Positions 36,499 through 48,660 of a stretch of 64,000 bases of DNA are shown here, one piece after another (the stretch's first letter is position 1; the number at the start of each line of letters is the position of its first letter). The notes beneath the pieces were generated by a model. That model had not been told where the DNA came from, ran no database searches, and saw only the letters and a program-made list of their open reading frames with translations. Origin of the DNA: Octopus sinensis (Eukaryota); contig NC_043006.1 in NCBI RefSeq assembly GCF_006345805.1, positions 70,308,001 through 70,372,000 on the forward strand. Reading direction: 5' to 3'. The position numbers and the translations under genes are program-made.

Positions 36499-37469
36499 AA
36501 ACCTGTTGGCTTAAGGCCTCTCTAGCAAGTGGCCTCTCTAGAATATGGAGGCGGAAAGGACCTCATTACTCAGTGTCAACAACAGGTGATTGTCTCCCTT
36601 TGGCTATCAATCGTAAGTGACCCTGTTATCTTGTGGGTTCCAATAGGCAAACAGGAATTTCCTGAAATGCAAGTATGGTCCGAAGACTTTGTTATGGAGT
36701 TAAGGATGTTAAGGTCAAGTGAGTCCTTTAGAATCTACGTCTGTTCCGCAATGCATAGCACTTGGTCCCGTTTATGTAAGGGCCAGGATTTACTAGGATT
36801 CTTCATGATATTGTGTATGGAATCCCATCATCTTTCAGCTGCCATACATGGCTGGCTAATGATGTAACGTATCTCCTTTCCGGTACCCTGAAGAAGGATC
36901 TGTAATTGGAGAGGCATTGTTTGAATGTGTTCCCAGAACAACCGCTGTATCTCCATGGTCAGGTGTTGGCAGTGCTGTGTCTGTTGGTGTTAGCGTTGCT
37001 GCTACCGCTGTTGTTGGTACTGGTGCTGTTGGCATTGGGGGTCATTGAAAGTGGCAATGGTGTTGGTGCCATCACTAATGGTGTTTGTAATGGTGCTGTT
37101 CTTGATGGAGGCACTGTCACCGCTGTTATAAATACCATTGGTGATGGCTCTGCTACTATTTTCATTAGGAATACTGCTACAGCTGTCATTGTTGTTATTG
37201 TAGTTGTTGCTGGTGATGGTGCTACTGCTGGTTCTGTTTGTGTCTCTGCTGCTGCTGCTACTACTCAAGTTGTCAAGCCTACTACAGTAGTAGCTGTTGG
37301 GGAAGCTGCTGGTGTTGCTGCTGCCATTGGGGATACTGCCATTGCTGTCATTGATATTGTTATTGTTGTTATCACTGGTGATGGTGCTGTCGCTGGTTCT
37401 GTTCATGTCTCTGCTGCTGCTACTATTGGTACTGTGGTCCCTGCTTCTGTCGAACCTCATCTGACGACA

Positions 37470-38030
37470 GGCACCCATGCCAACCTCCCTTCATTGGACA
37501 CTAAACTCTGCTTGTGAAGACCTTTGGGGCAAGTGAAATCGAAATTGAACCAATCCTATGACTGGCACCCGGCAGTTGCCAGGACTGCTGGACTGACTCC
37601 TGTGCATGTGGCAAGTGAAGAAACACCATTTCGACCCTGTGCTTGAGGAGATCCATTGAGTCAAGTACACCAACATCAAAATCAATGGAAACTGCAGTTG
37701 TGATCCCTGTGCTGGTGGCACGTAAAAAGCACCATCCGAACATGGCCGATGCCAGCGTCGCCTCGACTGGCTTCCGTGCTGGTGGCACTTAAAATGCACC
37801 AATCCGATCGTGGCTGTTGCCAGCCTCACCTGGCACCTGTGCTGGTGGCACATAAAAAGCACCCACTACACTCACGGAGTGGTTGGTGTTAGGAAGGGCA
37901 TCCAGCTGTAGAAACACTGCCAGATCAGACTGGAGCCTGGTGCAGCCTTCTGGCTTCCCAGATCCCCAGTCAAAGCGTCCAACCCATGCTAGCATGGAGA
38001 ACGGATGTTAAACGATGATGATGATGATAT
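37470..38030 (+). mobile_element. RTE-type 3' end, preceded by GCT/GTT low-complexity DNA (about 36960-37440)
   Basis: Shared RTE blocks and (GAT)n tail. Confidence 0.7.
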
Positions 38031-38065
38031 ATATATATATATGTATGTGTATATATATATGTATG

Positions 38066-38160
<95 letters not shown>

Positions 38161-38360
38161 ATATATATATATAGTAAGCAATTAAGGGTTTAGCAACGAA
38201 TTGCCTCACCACACACCGAATTTAGAAATAGCAGTCAAAGAGTTATAGCTATTCTTTCTACTAAAAGGGAGATCTCAGTAAAAACACAGCACTTGAAAGG
38301 CAAACACAGACAGGTAAGAGAGAATGAAATGACGGCAATCTATCATACAATTTTAAGTCA

Positions 38361-38451
38361 CCTACGGACGTACGTTTCGAAATTAAGTTTTAGGAAAGCA
38401 TAAGAATTAGATAATTATATCTTACCCAATTTCTTTTCTCATCAGCGTAGG
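38361..38451 (-). ncRNA. Type I hammerhead ribozyme with canonical core
   Basis: CCUACG-CUGAUGA-GAAA[52-nt loop]UUUC-GAAAC-GUAC-GUC/CGUAGG: all conserved core positions, 6-bp stem I, GUC cleavage triplet. Confidence 0.75.
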
Positions 38452-38521
38452 ACACTACAATTATGAGTAATTGTATATTAAATTTCGAGATACTAGAAGG
38501 CATCATCTCAACTTATATATA

Positions 38522-38915
38522 TAGCGCAGGAGTGGCTGGTGGTAAGTAGCTTGCTACCAACCACATGGTTCCGGGTTCAGTCCCACTGCGTGCATCTTGG
38601 GCAAGTGTCTTCTGCTATAGCCCCGGGCCGACCAATGCTTGTGAGTGGATTTGGTAGACGGAAACTGAAAGAAGCCCGTCGTATATATGATATATGTATT
38701 GTGTGTGTTTGTGTGTGTCCCCCTAACATTGCTTGACAACCGATGCTGGTGTGTTTACGTCCCCGTCACTTAGCGGTTCGGCAAAAAGAGACCGATAGAA
38801 TAAGTACTGGGCTTACAAAAAGAATAAGTCCCGGGGTCGAGTTGCTCGACTAAAGGCGGTGCTCCAGCATGGCCGCGTCAAATGACTGAAACAAGTAAAA
38901 GAGAGTAAAAGAGAG
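38522..38915 (+). mobile_element. Family B SINE, full length
   Basis: As 19625. Confidence 0.9.
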
Positions 38916-38965
38916 AGATATATATATATTCCAGTGGGTGGCAAGTTACATAAGGGGATATGATA

Positions 38966-39385
38966 TAAATGTAGTCAAAAGTAAGAGGAGTACGATTTGA
39001 CACCTGTTTAATGACCACTACACATGTTTCAAAACAACAAAGATCCACACATATATACAGGATTGAAATTTAAATTAAGTAGCAGTTTACCTGTATAATA
39101 AGACCTAGTTGTATCTCCTCAAGTGATATAAGATCACTGTCTCTGTAAGTAAATGTTTGATTTTGATGCTATCACATTCAACTTGGAGCCAGTTGGATGT
39201 CACAGCATTGAAATCAAACATTTTATATCACCTGAGGAGATACAACTAGGTCTTATTCTACAGGTAAAATGTTACTTAATTTAAATTTAAATCCTGTATA
39301 TATGTGTGGAACTTTGTTGTTTCGAAGCATGTGTAGTGGTCATTAAACAGCTGTCAAATCATACTCTTACTTTTGACTACATTTA
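38966..39385. repeat. About 420-bp imperfect foldback (MITE-like)
   Basis: TAAATGTAGTCAAAAGTAAGAG... is the inverse of ...CTCTTACTTTTGACTACATTTA; complementarity continues to a centre near 39190. Confidence 0.85.
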
Positions 39386-39399
39386 TTATTCTTTCCTGA

Positions 39400-39600
39400 C
39401 CGCGTGTGTACCATTGGTGATTTTTTTCCTCTGTCTTCCCCTCTCTGGATCTTTCCTTCTCCTATATTTCCGACGAAGAGCTCCGCTCGAAACGTTAAAC
39501 CCTCCTTCTTTCCTTCTTTCCTGAGCGTCCAATAATACTATATTTGTTCCACATCCTCGCGTTGTTGTGTTTTTTTTGTGCTTTCTTGTTTGGATTAACA
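39400..39600 (+). mobile_element. Second copy of the 12035 hammerhead-like repeat
   Basis: Nearly identical core CCGACGAAGAGCTCCGCTCGAAACGTTAAAC. Confidence 0.7.
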
Positions 39601-39601
39601 T

Positions 39602-39659
<58 letters not shown>

Positions 39660-39668
39660 ATATATGCA

Positions 39669-39706
<38 letters not shown>

Positions 39707-39963
39707 AACAAAGCTGAAGGCTGTAAATTATGGAGAAGAATGACACACATAGGTCCTTTTCAATTATAACTATAATTATATATTATTCATATAATAATAC
39801 ATGCTCTATCTAAAGTGACTAAACCTAAACTATTTAGTCAATTGTTTAGGTTTAGTCACTTTAAATGGAGCATTATTACATGAATAATATATAATTATAG
39901 TTATATAATAATAATAATAATAACAACAACAATAATAATAATAATGATAATGATAATAATAAT

Positions 39964-40631
39964 CTGTCGACAAAACGGTGAAACCATATAGCATATTACC
40001 AGCCAATGTATGCCACTAGCCCAGAAGGAATATAAGAGATGCCATGACAATATAGCCAGGCTTGTCCCTTGGACACTTTGCAACAAGTATGGATTCGACA
40101 CAGCAAAAAATTGGTATGACCACAAACCTGAAGGCATCATCATAAATAGAAATGCAAAGATCTTACGGGATTTTAGGATTCAGTGCGACCATGAGATAGA
40201 GAATAGGAAGCCGGACATAGTCTTAATTAAGAAAGAAAACAAACTATGCTGGATCATAGATATAGCATGCCCAGCTGACAACAAGGTATGTGATAAGGGA
40301 GAAAGAAATGTTGAGAGACATGACAGGTTAGCTTGGGAAATTGAGCAGTTGTGGTCGATGAAGAAGGTAGCAGTGGTACCAATAATTGTCAGAGCCCTGG
40401 AAACAGTGAGTAAAAATCTTGAGAAGTACATGGAACAAACAGGGACTGCAATAAGGGTGGAGCACTTGCAGAAAACAGCACTGCTTGGAACTGCTCAGAT
40501 ACTCTGGAAAGTGCTCAAAAAATAAAAGGTGTTACCTTAGTTCACTGGTAGTGAACAGCTTACACTGTAGTACATCTTCAGAGTTAGAAGCTGTGCAAAG
40601 GCAATGATGATAATAATAATAATAATAATAA
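39964..40631 (+). mobile_element. R4/Dong-clade non-LTR element 1: 3' fragment (RLE domain) with (AAT)n tail
   Basis: ORF 40010-40525 has RCHD, ILRDF, RKPDIV, IDIACP and LQKTALLGTA motifs. Confidence 0.9.
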
Positions 40632-43600
40632 TAGAGATATAGACTTGGATACAGCAATGAACCCTAATAAATTAGCTAACGTACGAAGATACATTCTCAA
40701 CACAAAAAAAATATCAGAAATAGAAATAGAACACCTAAAAGAAAACATACACCAGGAAAATGTAGATAGAAGCCACACAACAATGCCCAATAATATAAAC
40801 ACTGAAACTGTAAAACACGAAGACAAACGCAACATTCCCAACAAACACGATGTAAACAACGAAGGGGAGCCTAATGATTATGATAATATAAAAAATAAAA
40901 TAATCAAAGAACTGAAAACCACAGAGCTCAAAATGGACCATGACCATACCTCCCAAGAATCAAAATAAACAAAATAACAACACCTATTATAAACAGCATA
41001 AACCTAGCCGTCACTGAACTGATAGCCACTGAATCAAAAAAAAGTGATATCACTGAGCTAAATAACCTAATATACGCAGCAGCCACTGCAGCCACAAAAG
41101 AAGCTGGATACTCACCCAAACAGGAGTACCACCACCCAAACAAACCCTGTGGATAAATAACATCCAAAGCAAAATAAAAAAAATTAGAAAAGACCTGTTG
41201 ATTCTTAATGAAATCAGCAAACAATCAACGCTACTGAGCAACAAAAAGAGAACAAAAATACTCCGCAAATATAACATCACAGAGAAAGATTTGCCTGAAA
41301 TAAAAGAAAAGCTGAAGCAAGATATCCTTGCCAAAGCACAAAGGATCCGCCGTACAAGAAACGCCAACGCTTCTTTGAAGAAAACAAAAAGTTCAACTCT
41401 AACCCCAAAAAGTTCTACCAAGAACTGGGAAAAAATAAAATAGAAGTCACTGCAGCACCAACAGCAGAAGAATTGGAAGAATTCTGGGGAGAAATATGGT
41501 CGGCGAACGAACCACCAAAAAAAAGGAGTATCAGAATAACAAACTCGGCATCTGAACAACTTTGGACCCCCATAACAACTGAAGAGGTCACCCAGGCACT
41601 GCAAAGACTAAGCAACTGGAAGGCACCTGGGCATGACAAGATCCCCAACTTCTGGTTGAAATATCTAACAGGAATGCACAAAAAGCTGGCTGAAAACTTT
41701 AACAAAGTACTAGCAGAGCCAGAGACAATGCCTGAATGGCTCATGAAGGGGAAAACCATCTTAATTCCCAAATCAAATGAAACAGAAAAACCAGAAAACT
41801 ACAGACCAATAACCTGCCTCCCTACTATGTTCAAGGCATTTATTGCAGTGATATCACAAAGGTTGAACAAGCACCTGGACGAAAACAAACTGTTCCCAGA
41901 AGAGCAGAAAGGATGCCGCAAAGGCTCATATGGCTGTAAAGATCAACTAATGATTAATAAAGCCATAACTGAAGACAGCCACAGAAAGAAGAAAGGCCTC
42001 AGTATGGCCTGGATTGACTACAAAAAGGCGTTTGATAGCATCCCCCACACATGGATCCTCGAAACACTAACCATTAACAAAGTAGCACCAGCAATCATAA
42101 AATTCATAGAGCACTCTATGAATAAATGGCAAACAGTCCTACACCTCCAAACAAAAGAGGGACTCATGAAAACCAAAGACATCCCCATTAGAAGAGGAAT
42201 ATTCCAGGGAGACACGCTCTCTCCACTCCTTTTCTGCTTGGCACTGTCACCTCTATCTGATATGCTAAATAGAACTGGATGCGGATATAAATGTTATGGC
42301 AAAACGATCAGCCACCTTTTATATATGGATGACCTAAAACTATACGCTGCAAATGACAAACAGCTGGAAACACTATTAAAGACAGTTCATGGATTTACCA
42401 AAGAAATAGATATTAAATTTGGATTAGAAAAATGCGCCAAAGTAACCCTGAAAAGAGGAAAACTAGTTAAGAGTAACAACATCACACTAGATAAAACCAA
42501 TGAAATAAAAGAATTAGACCAAAGCCAAACTTACAAATACTTAGGAATCCATGAACTAGATAAGACACACAACACACACAAATGAAAGAGAAAATAAAAA
42601 AGAATATTATAGACGAGTTAGATCAATACTAAACACAGAGCTCAATGCTAAAAACAAGATAATAGGTATCAACACTTTAGCTGTCCCAGTTATAAGTTAC
42701 AGCTACAATATCCTTAACTGGACACGAAATGAACTGACCAAAATAGATAGGAAAACAAGAAAAATAATGACAGGATCTAGGATGCATCACCCAAAATCTG
42801 ACATAGAAAGACTATATATACAACGTATAGAAGGTGGTAGAGGCCTTATACAGCTGGAAAACTACTATAAAATAACCACCATAGGACTGCAAAAATATCT
42901 ACTTCAGAAGGAAGGAAAACTGATCCAGATAGCAGCAAAACATGAGCAAAACAAAAAACTGTTCTCAGTATTTAAGGAAGCTGACAAATACAAACAAGAA
43001 ATCATACCACCTAATAAACATGAAGAAGAAGAAGAAGATGAAGAAACAACAAAAGCTATAAAACAAATGAAATCCAAACTAAAAATAGAACAGCACGAAC
43101 CATGATAAAACGATGGCAAGAAAAGCCCCTTCATGGTAAATACTGCACTAAACTAACGCAAAAGAAATAGACAAAGAAAAATACCAGCAATGGTTGAGAA
43201 GCTCAGGACTCAAAGCAGAACAGAGGGATTTTTGATTGCAGCACAAGACCAAAGCCTCCCCACCAGAAATTACCAAAAACATGTAATGAAAAGAAATATT
43301 ACAAGTAACTGCAGAATATGTGGAGATGGACAAGAAACAATAAATCATATTATCTCTAGCTGCCCAGTCTTGGCTAAGAAGGAATATATTCACAGACATG
43401 ACAGAGTTGGAACCTACATACATTGGAAGCTATGCCAACATTATGGAATAACAACAGAAAAAAGATGGTATAGGCACACACCAGAAAAGGTCACAGAAAA
43501 CGAGAAAGCAACCATACTCTGGGATATGCCGATACACACAGATAGAGAAATTAAGGCCAACAGACCAGATATAGTTGTCAGAGATCATGAAGAAAAAAAA

Positions 43601-43969
43601 TGCTTTCTAATTGATGTATCAATACCGGCTGATGACAAAGTGTCTCTAAAAGAAATGGAGAAACTCTCAAAATACAAAGACCTGGAAATAGAGGTAACTA
43701 GAATGTGGAATCTGAAAACAGAAACAATTCCTATCATAGTAGGTGCATTAGGCATGATAAAAAAATATTCAGACAAATACATAACAAAAACACCAGAACT
43801 TACAAACACATATAACATACAGAAAATTGCACTACTAGACACTGCACACATCCTACGCAGAACACTTTCCATACAATAACCATCAGAGCATCACAACAAA
43901 TCACAGCACATACCCAAGGCACACAGAGCTGTGCTCGGTAGTGAAGTGAAAGCACGCTATAAAAATAAA

Positions 43970-44022
<53 letters not shown>

Positions 44023-44048
44023 TAATAATAATAATAATAATAATAATA
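40632..44048 (+). mobile_element. R4/Dong-clade non-LTR element 2: long copy with frameshifts (RT, CCHC knuckle, RLE), (AAT)n tail 43963-44048
   Basis: WKAPGHD, NYRPITCL, EQKGCRKGSYGCKDQL, WIDYKKAFDS, IFQGDTLSP, YMDDLKL, CRICG..ETINHIISSC, NRPDIV...IDVSIP motifs split over ORFs 40645, 41198, 41473, 42767 and 43190. Confidence 0.95.
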
Positions 44049-46207
44049 GGCCGATTGCAAGAAGAAAAACACATAGCCAATAAGACTATCCTGACTGATT
44101 TCAAGAAGAGACACAAAAATTTGGTGATGACTTGGGTGGGCTACAGGAAATCATATGACATGGTCCCACACTCGTGGATTATTGAATGTCTTAAACTACT
44201 TCAGATCTCACACAATATCCTGAAGCTAATACAAAACTCAAAGACAACATGGCAAACTGAACTCACAGCGTGAGGAGATAAACTGGGAGAGATAAATACC
44301 AGAAAAAGAATCTTTCAAGGAGACAGTGTGTCACCTCTCCTATTTGTTGTCTGCATACTGCCACTAACGAGCATTTTAAGAAAAATGCATGTGGGAGTAC
44401 ATATTAGGCAGAGTGAAAGTAAACAACCTGTGGTTTATGGATGACCTAAAGCTATTCACTAAGATTGAGAAAGAAATTGAGAGTTTGACGGCAACTGTGC
44501 AGATGATTAGCAAAGATATTGGCATGGAATTTGGGATCGAGAAATGTGGTGCAATGATTCTCAAAAGGGGGAAAATCAGTAAAAGCCATTAGATCAAGCT
44601 GGAAAGTGCTGAAGCTATAAGGGAAGTCGGAGAGGAAGGATATAAGTACCTGGGTATCATTGAAAGAGATAAGATGAATGAACACAAGATGAAAGAAAGG
44701 TACAGGAAAGAGTATTTGAGGAGAGCTTGGCTTGTTCTCCAATCGAAGCAATAAGATTAGGCCGCAATATGATTAGAGCAATTAACACGTGGTCTGTTGC
44801 TTTGATGAGATATGGGGCAGGAATAGTATCTTGGAAGAACCATGAATTACAGAGATAAACTGGAGAACACGTAAATTAATGACAATGAACAAGGAACTAC
44901 ACCCCAATGGTGATGTGTCATGATTGTATGTAAAGAGGAGGGAGGGAGGACAGGCATTAATGTGTTGTGAAGTTTGTGTAAGGGAAGTGGAGAGTAGCCT
45001 GGCTTGGTATGTCAAGGGGAGTAAAGAGAAAATGATTGAAGCAGTGAAAATGCAGGGAGCCTTAAAAGTGAACAAAGCCATAGATCCAATACAATTTAAG
45101 AAAGACCAGAGAGAACAGATGAAGAAGATTTGGCAGGACAAGAAAATGCACAGTCAGTTCTTGAAGAATAAAGATGAGATTGATTGGAATAGAACATGGC
45201 AATGACTGCAGAAAGGAGACTTAAAAGGGCCCACTGAGGCATTAGTGTGCAGCGCTCAAGAACAAGCTCACAGAACAAGCTACTCCAAATTTAGCATTGA
45301 TAAAAGCACTGACTCGCCACAATGTAGGATGTGCTATGAAAAGAGAGAAAGTATAAGCCATATTGTTAGCGAGTGTTGTAAGCTTGCACAATGCAAATAT
45401 AAAAGAAGACATGACAATGTGGCCAGGTATGTCCACTGGCTGTTGTGCAGTAAAGAAAACCTTGAGAGAGCCAAACAATGGTTTGAACATAAGCCAGAGA
45501 GAGTAATGGAAAACGAACATAGTCAGAGCCGGTTTCAGCCGGGTTGGTAACAAAAGGGTTAAGAATATTAGAGCTGCTGTCAGGCTTGAGGTGATCCAGA
45601 AGACAGCATAGTTGGGTACAGTTCACATTCTAAGGAGAATATTGTCTCTTTGAGTCAGAGAAGGCACTACTTGAAACCTTTGGAGATTTGTGGTTGCCTG
45701 CTTTCAAGTAAAGAATAACCATTAAGAACTATCCAAGAAGCTTTCATAATAATAATGATTAAAAAACTTAATATGAGAGGTATAGAAAAAATAGCAAAGT
45801 ATCAGGACCTAGCTACTGAATTACAGAGACTATGGAAAGTGTGGGTAGAATGTATCCTAGTAGTTATAGGTGCATTAGGAACTATTCCTAAAGATTTGAA
45901 GAAATGGATAAAGGAAATAGGCATAAAACTCAGTTTAGTACAGTTCCAGAAAACAGTGTTATTAGGGATAGCTAGAATACTTAGGAGGGTTCTTGGCATC
46001 TGAGGTTACTTGCTGTAACCCAACTAGAGGGTTCTTGGCATTTAAGGCTACTTGTTGTAGCCCGATGTTAGGATTCTTTCCTTTTCCAACAATTGAGTGT
46101 ATATGATGATGATGATGGAAATAATAATAATAATAATAACAACAACAACAACAACAATAATAATAATAATAATAATAACAATAATGATAATGATAATAAT
46201 AATAATA
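44049..46207 (+). mobile_element. R4/Dong-clade non-LTR element 3: 5'-truncated and decayed, (AAT/AAC)n tail about 46120-46207
   Basis: WVGYRKSYDMVPHSWII, FMDDLKLF, FGIEKC, CRMC..ESISHIVSEC and FQKTVLLG motifs. Confidence 0.9.
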
Positions 46208-46593
46208 GTGCATCTCTGAACCCGAGCAGAAGTAGTGGGGGAGCATCATAGCCATGTGTTGAGAGGGATTCTTTGGGGTTTGAATAATTCACTTCTGGAA
46301 ACATGGGTGGTTCTTTCAACATCCTTAAACAACCCTTATTCAGGGACCTTTTGAGCGGGATGGGCTATTCAACCTGAAGAAATTTCTAACTGGGCCCCAC
46401 CTGCAAGGTCATGTGCTGTTTATCTTGATATGAGATCACCATGTCGCGCACATATGGTTGTGATGCATGTGCCTGGTGTACCCTTATCAGACGGGTAGTC
46501 ATGATGGGTATATTGGGCTTCGTATATTTTACCCCAGTGTCACTTTGATGGCATGAACTGCTCTTTCACTCAATAATAATAATAATAATAATA
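46207..46593 (+). mobile_element. Unclassified (AAT)n-tailed repeat (same family as 20530-21015)
   Basis: Direct homology in reverse orientation. Confidence 0.7.
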
Positions 46594-46594
46594 A

Positions 46595-47093
46595 ACGATG
46601 AATGAATTGGAAGATGGATTTAGCATTAATCTTCATTCAATGATTCTTATTATCTCAACTAACACTGCAGAATTTCTAGCAGAAATATACCCCAACAGTG
46701 GATGACAGCAGGTAGCCAAAACTGCGAATGCGCTTTACTCAACAAACTAATCGATGTATACCCATTACATTATTTACATTATTTACATTTGACGGATATT
46801 TCTCTTCATCTTGTTTGTTATTAACACACCGTTTCAGCTGATATACATACCCTCCAGCCTTCATCAGGTGTCTTGGGGAAATTTGAATCTGGGTTTTCTT
46901 TCCTAAGGTATATTTCGATGTTATTATTATTATTATTATTATCATTATTATTATTATTATTATTCACTGCCTGGAATTGAACTCGGATTCTTGGGGTTAG
47001 TAACCTGCGCTCTTAACCATTACACCATATGCCTGTATGGTTAAGAGCGCGGGCTACTAACCCCAAGATTCTGAGTTCGATTCCAGGCAGTGA

Positions 47094-47126
<33 letters not shown>

Positions 47127-47658
47127 ACGATGAATGAATTGGAAGATGGATTTAGCATTAATCTTCATTCAATGATTCTTATTATCTCAACTAACACTGC
47201 AGAATTTCTAGCAGAAATATACCCCAACAGTGGATGACAGCAGGTAGCCAAAACTGTGAATGCGCTTTACTCAACAAACTAATCGATGTATACCCATTAC
47301 ATTATTTACATTATTTACATTTGACGGATATTTGTCTTCATCTTGTTTGTTATTAACACACCGTTTCAGCTGATATACATACCCTCCAGCCTTCATCAGG
47401 TGTCTTGGGGAAATTTGAATCTGGGTTTTCTTTCCTAAGGTATATTTCGATGTTATTATTATTATTATTATTATCATTATTATTATTATTATTATTCACT
47501 GCCTGGAATTGAACTCGGATTCTTGGGGTTAGTAACCTGCGCTCTTAACCATTACACCATATGCCTGTATGGTTAAGAGCGCGGGCTACTAACCCCAAGA
47601 TTCTGAGTTCGATTCCAGGCAGTGACCTGAATAATAATAATAATAATAATAACAACAA
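46595..47658. repeat. 532-bp tandem duplication
   Basis: ACGATGAATGAATTGG at 46595 and 47127; copies nearly identical. Confidence 0.92.
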
Positions 47659-47830
47659 CATCAAAATATACCTTAGGAATGAGAACCCAGGTTCAAAATT
47701 TCCCCCAAGACACCTGATGAAGGCTGGAGGGTATATCTGCCAAAACGTGTTAACAACAAACAAGACGAGGACAAATATCCATCAAATGTAAATAATGTAA
47801 ATAATGTACATAATTCCTCATCTCTTAAAT
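47296..47830. mobile_element. Head-to-head pair of a tRNA-head + (AAT)n + hammerhead-like element
   Basis: Minus copy about 47296-47565 and plus copy about 47566-47830. Head has TGGTTAAGAGCG and GAGTTCGATTCC; body has CACCTGATGAAGGCTG. Confidence 0.7.
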
Positions 47831-48319
47831 ATAGAACTGTATATATCCATTAGTCAAAAAAATACATATATACAAATACACACACACACACACAATCATC
47901 GTTATGTAATGGCATCCGTCATTATGGCATGGGTTGGATGGTTCAACAGGAAGCGATGTGCCAGAGGACTGTGCTAAGCCACCCCCACCATTCCTGCTTT
48001 GACATAGTTTCTACAATTAGATGCACTTCTTCATACACACACACACTCACACACACACATACATTTGTATATGAAAATATGCATAGAGGATGTGTATCCT
48101 GGTTTTTGATGATGATGATGATGATGATTCCTGCATGACATAAAGAGCTGATAAAAAAAAATCACGGGTAAAGCATTACCTCAGAATATCCTGGTTAACC
48201 TTGAAAAAACAGAATATCAAAACAACGATGACGCACAAACAGATTCTGTGCGTGTGTTTGTGTGTGTGTGTTTGTATGTGTGTGTGTATGTGTGAGTGTG
48301 TGTTTGTGTGTGTATATTT

Positions 48320-48660
48320 ACATGGCTGTGTGGTGAGAAGTTTGCTTCTCAACCACATGGCTCTGGGTTCAGTCCCATGGGCCCCACCAAAGCCTGGTGA
48401 CTGGATTTGATAGACGGAAACTGAGAGAGCCTGTTATGTGCGTGTGTGTGTTTGTCCGCCACCTCACCCTACCCACCGCTTTATAACCGGTGTTGGTGTG
48501 TGTATGTCCCCCTAACGTGGCAGTTCAGCAAAAAAGACCAAAAGGATAAGTACAAGGTTTACAAAAAGAATACAAGTTCCGGAGACAATTCATTTGACTA
48601 AAATTCCCCAAGCCAGCACCCCATCATGGCTGCACTCTAATGATTGAAACAAGTAAAATA
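48320..48660 (+). mobile_element. Diverged family B SINE
   Basis: Recognisable head and tail blocks. Confidence 0.65.

Noticed and set aside
36906-37517. 203-aa Ala/Val/Gly/Thr-rich ORF starting at TTG
   Set aside because: GCT/GTT low-complexity DNA with an internal duplication, running into an RTE tail.
46965-47100. tRNA gene
   Set aside because: These are SINE-type heads with no complete cloverleaf or acceptor stem.
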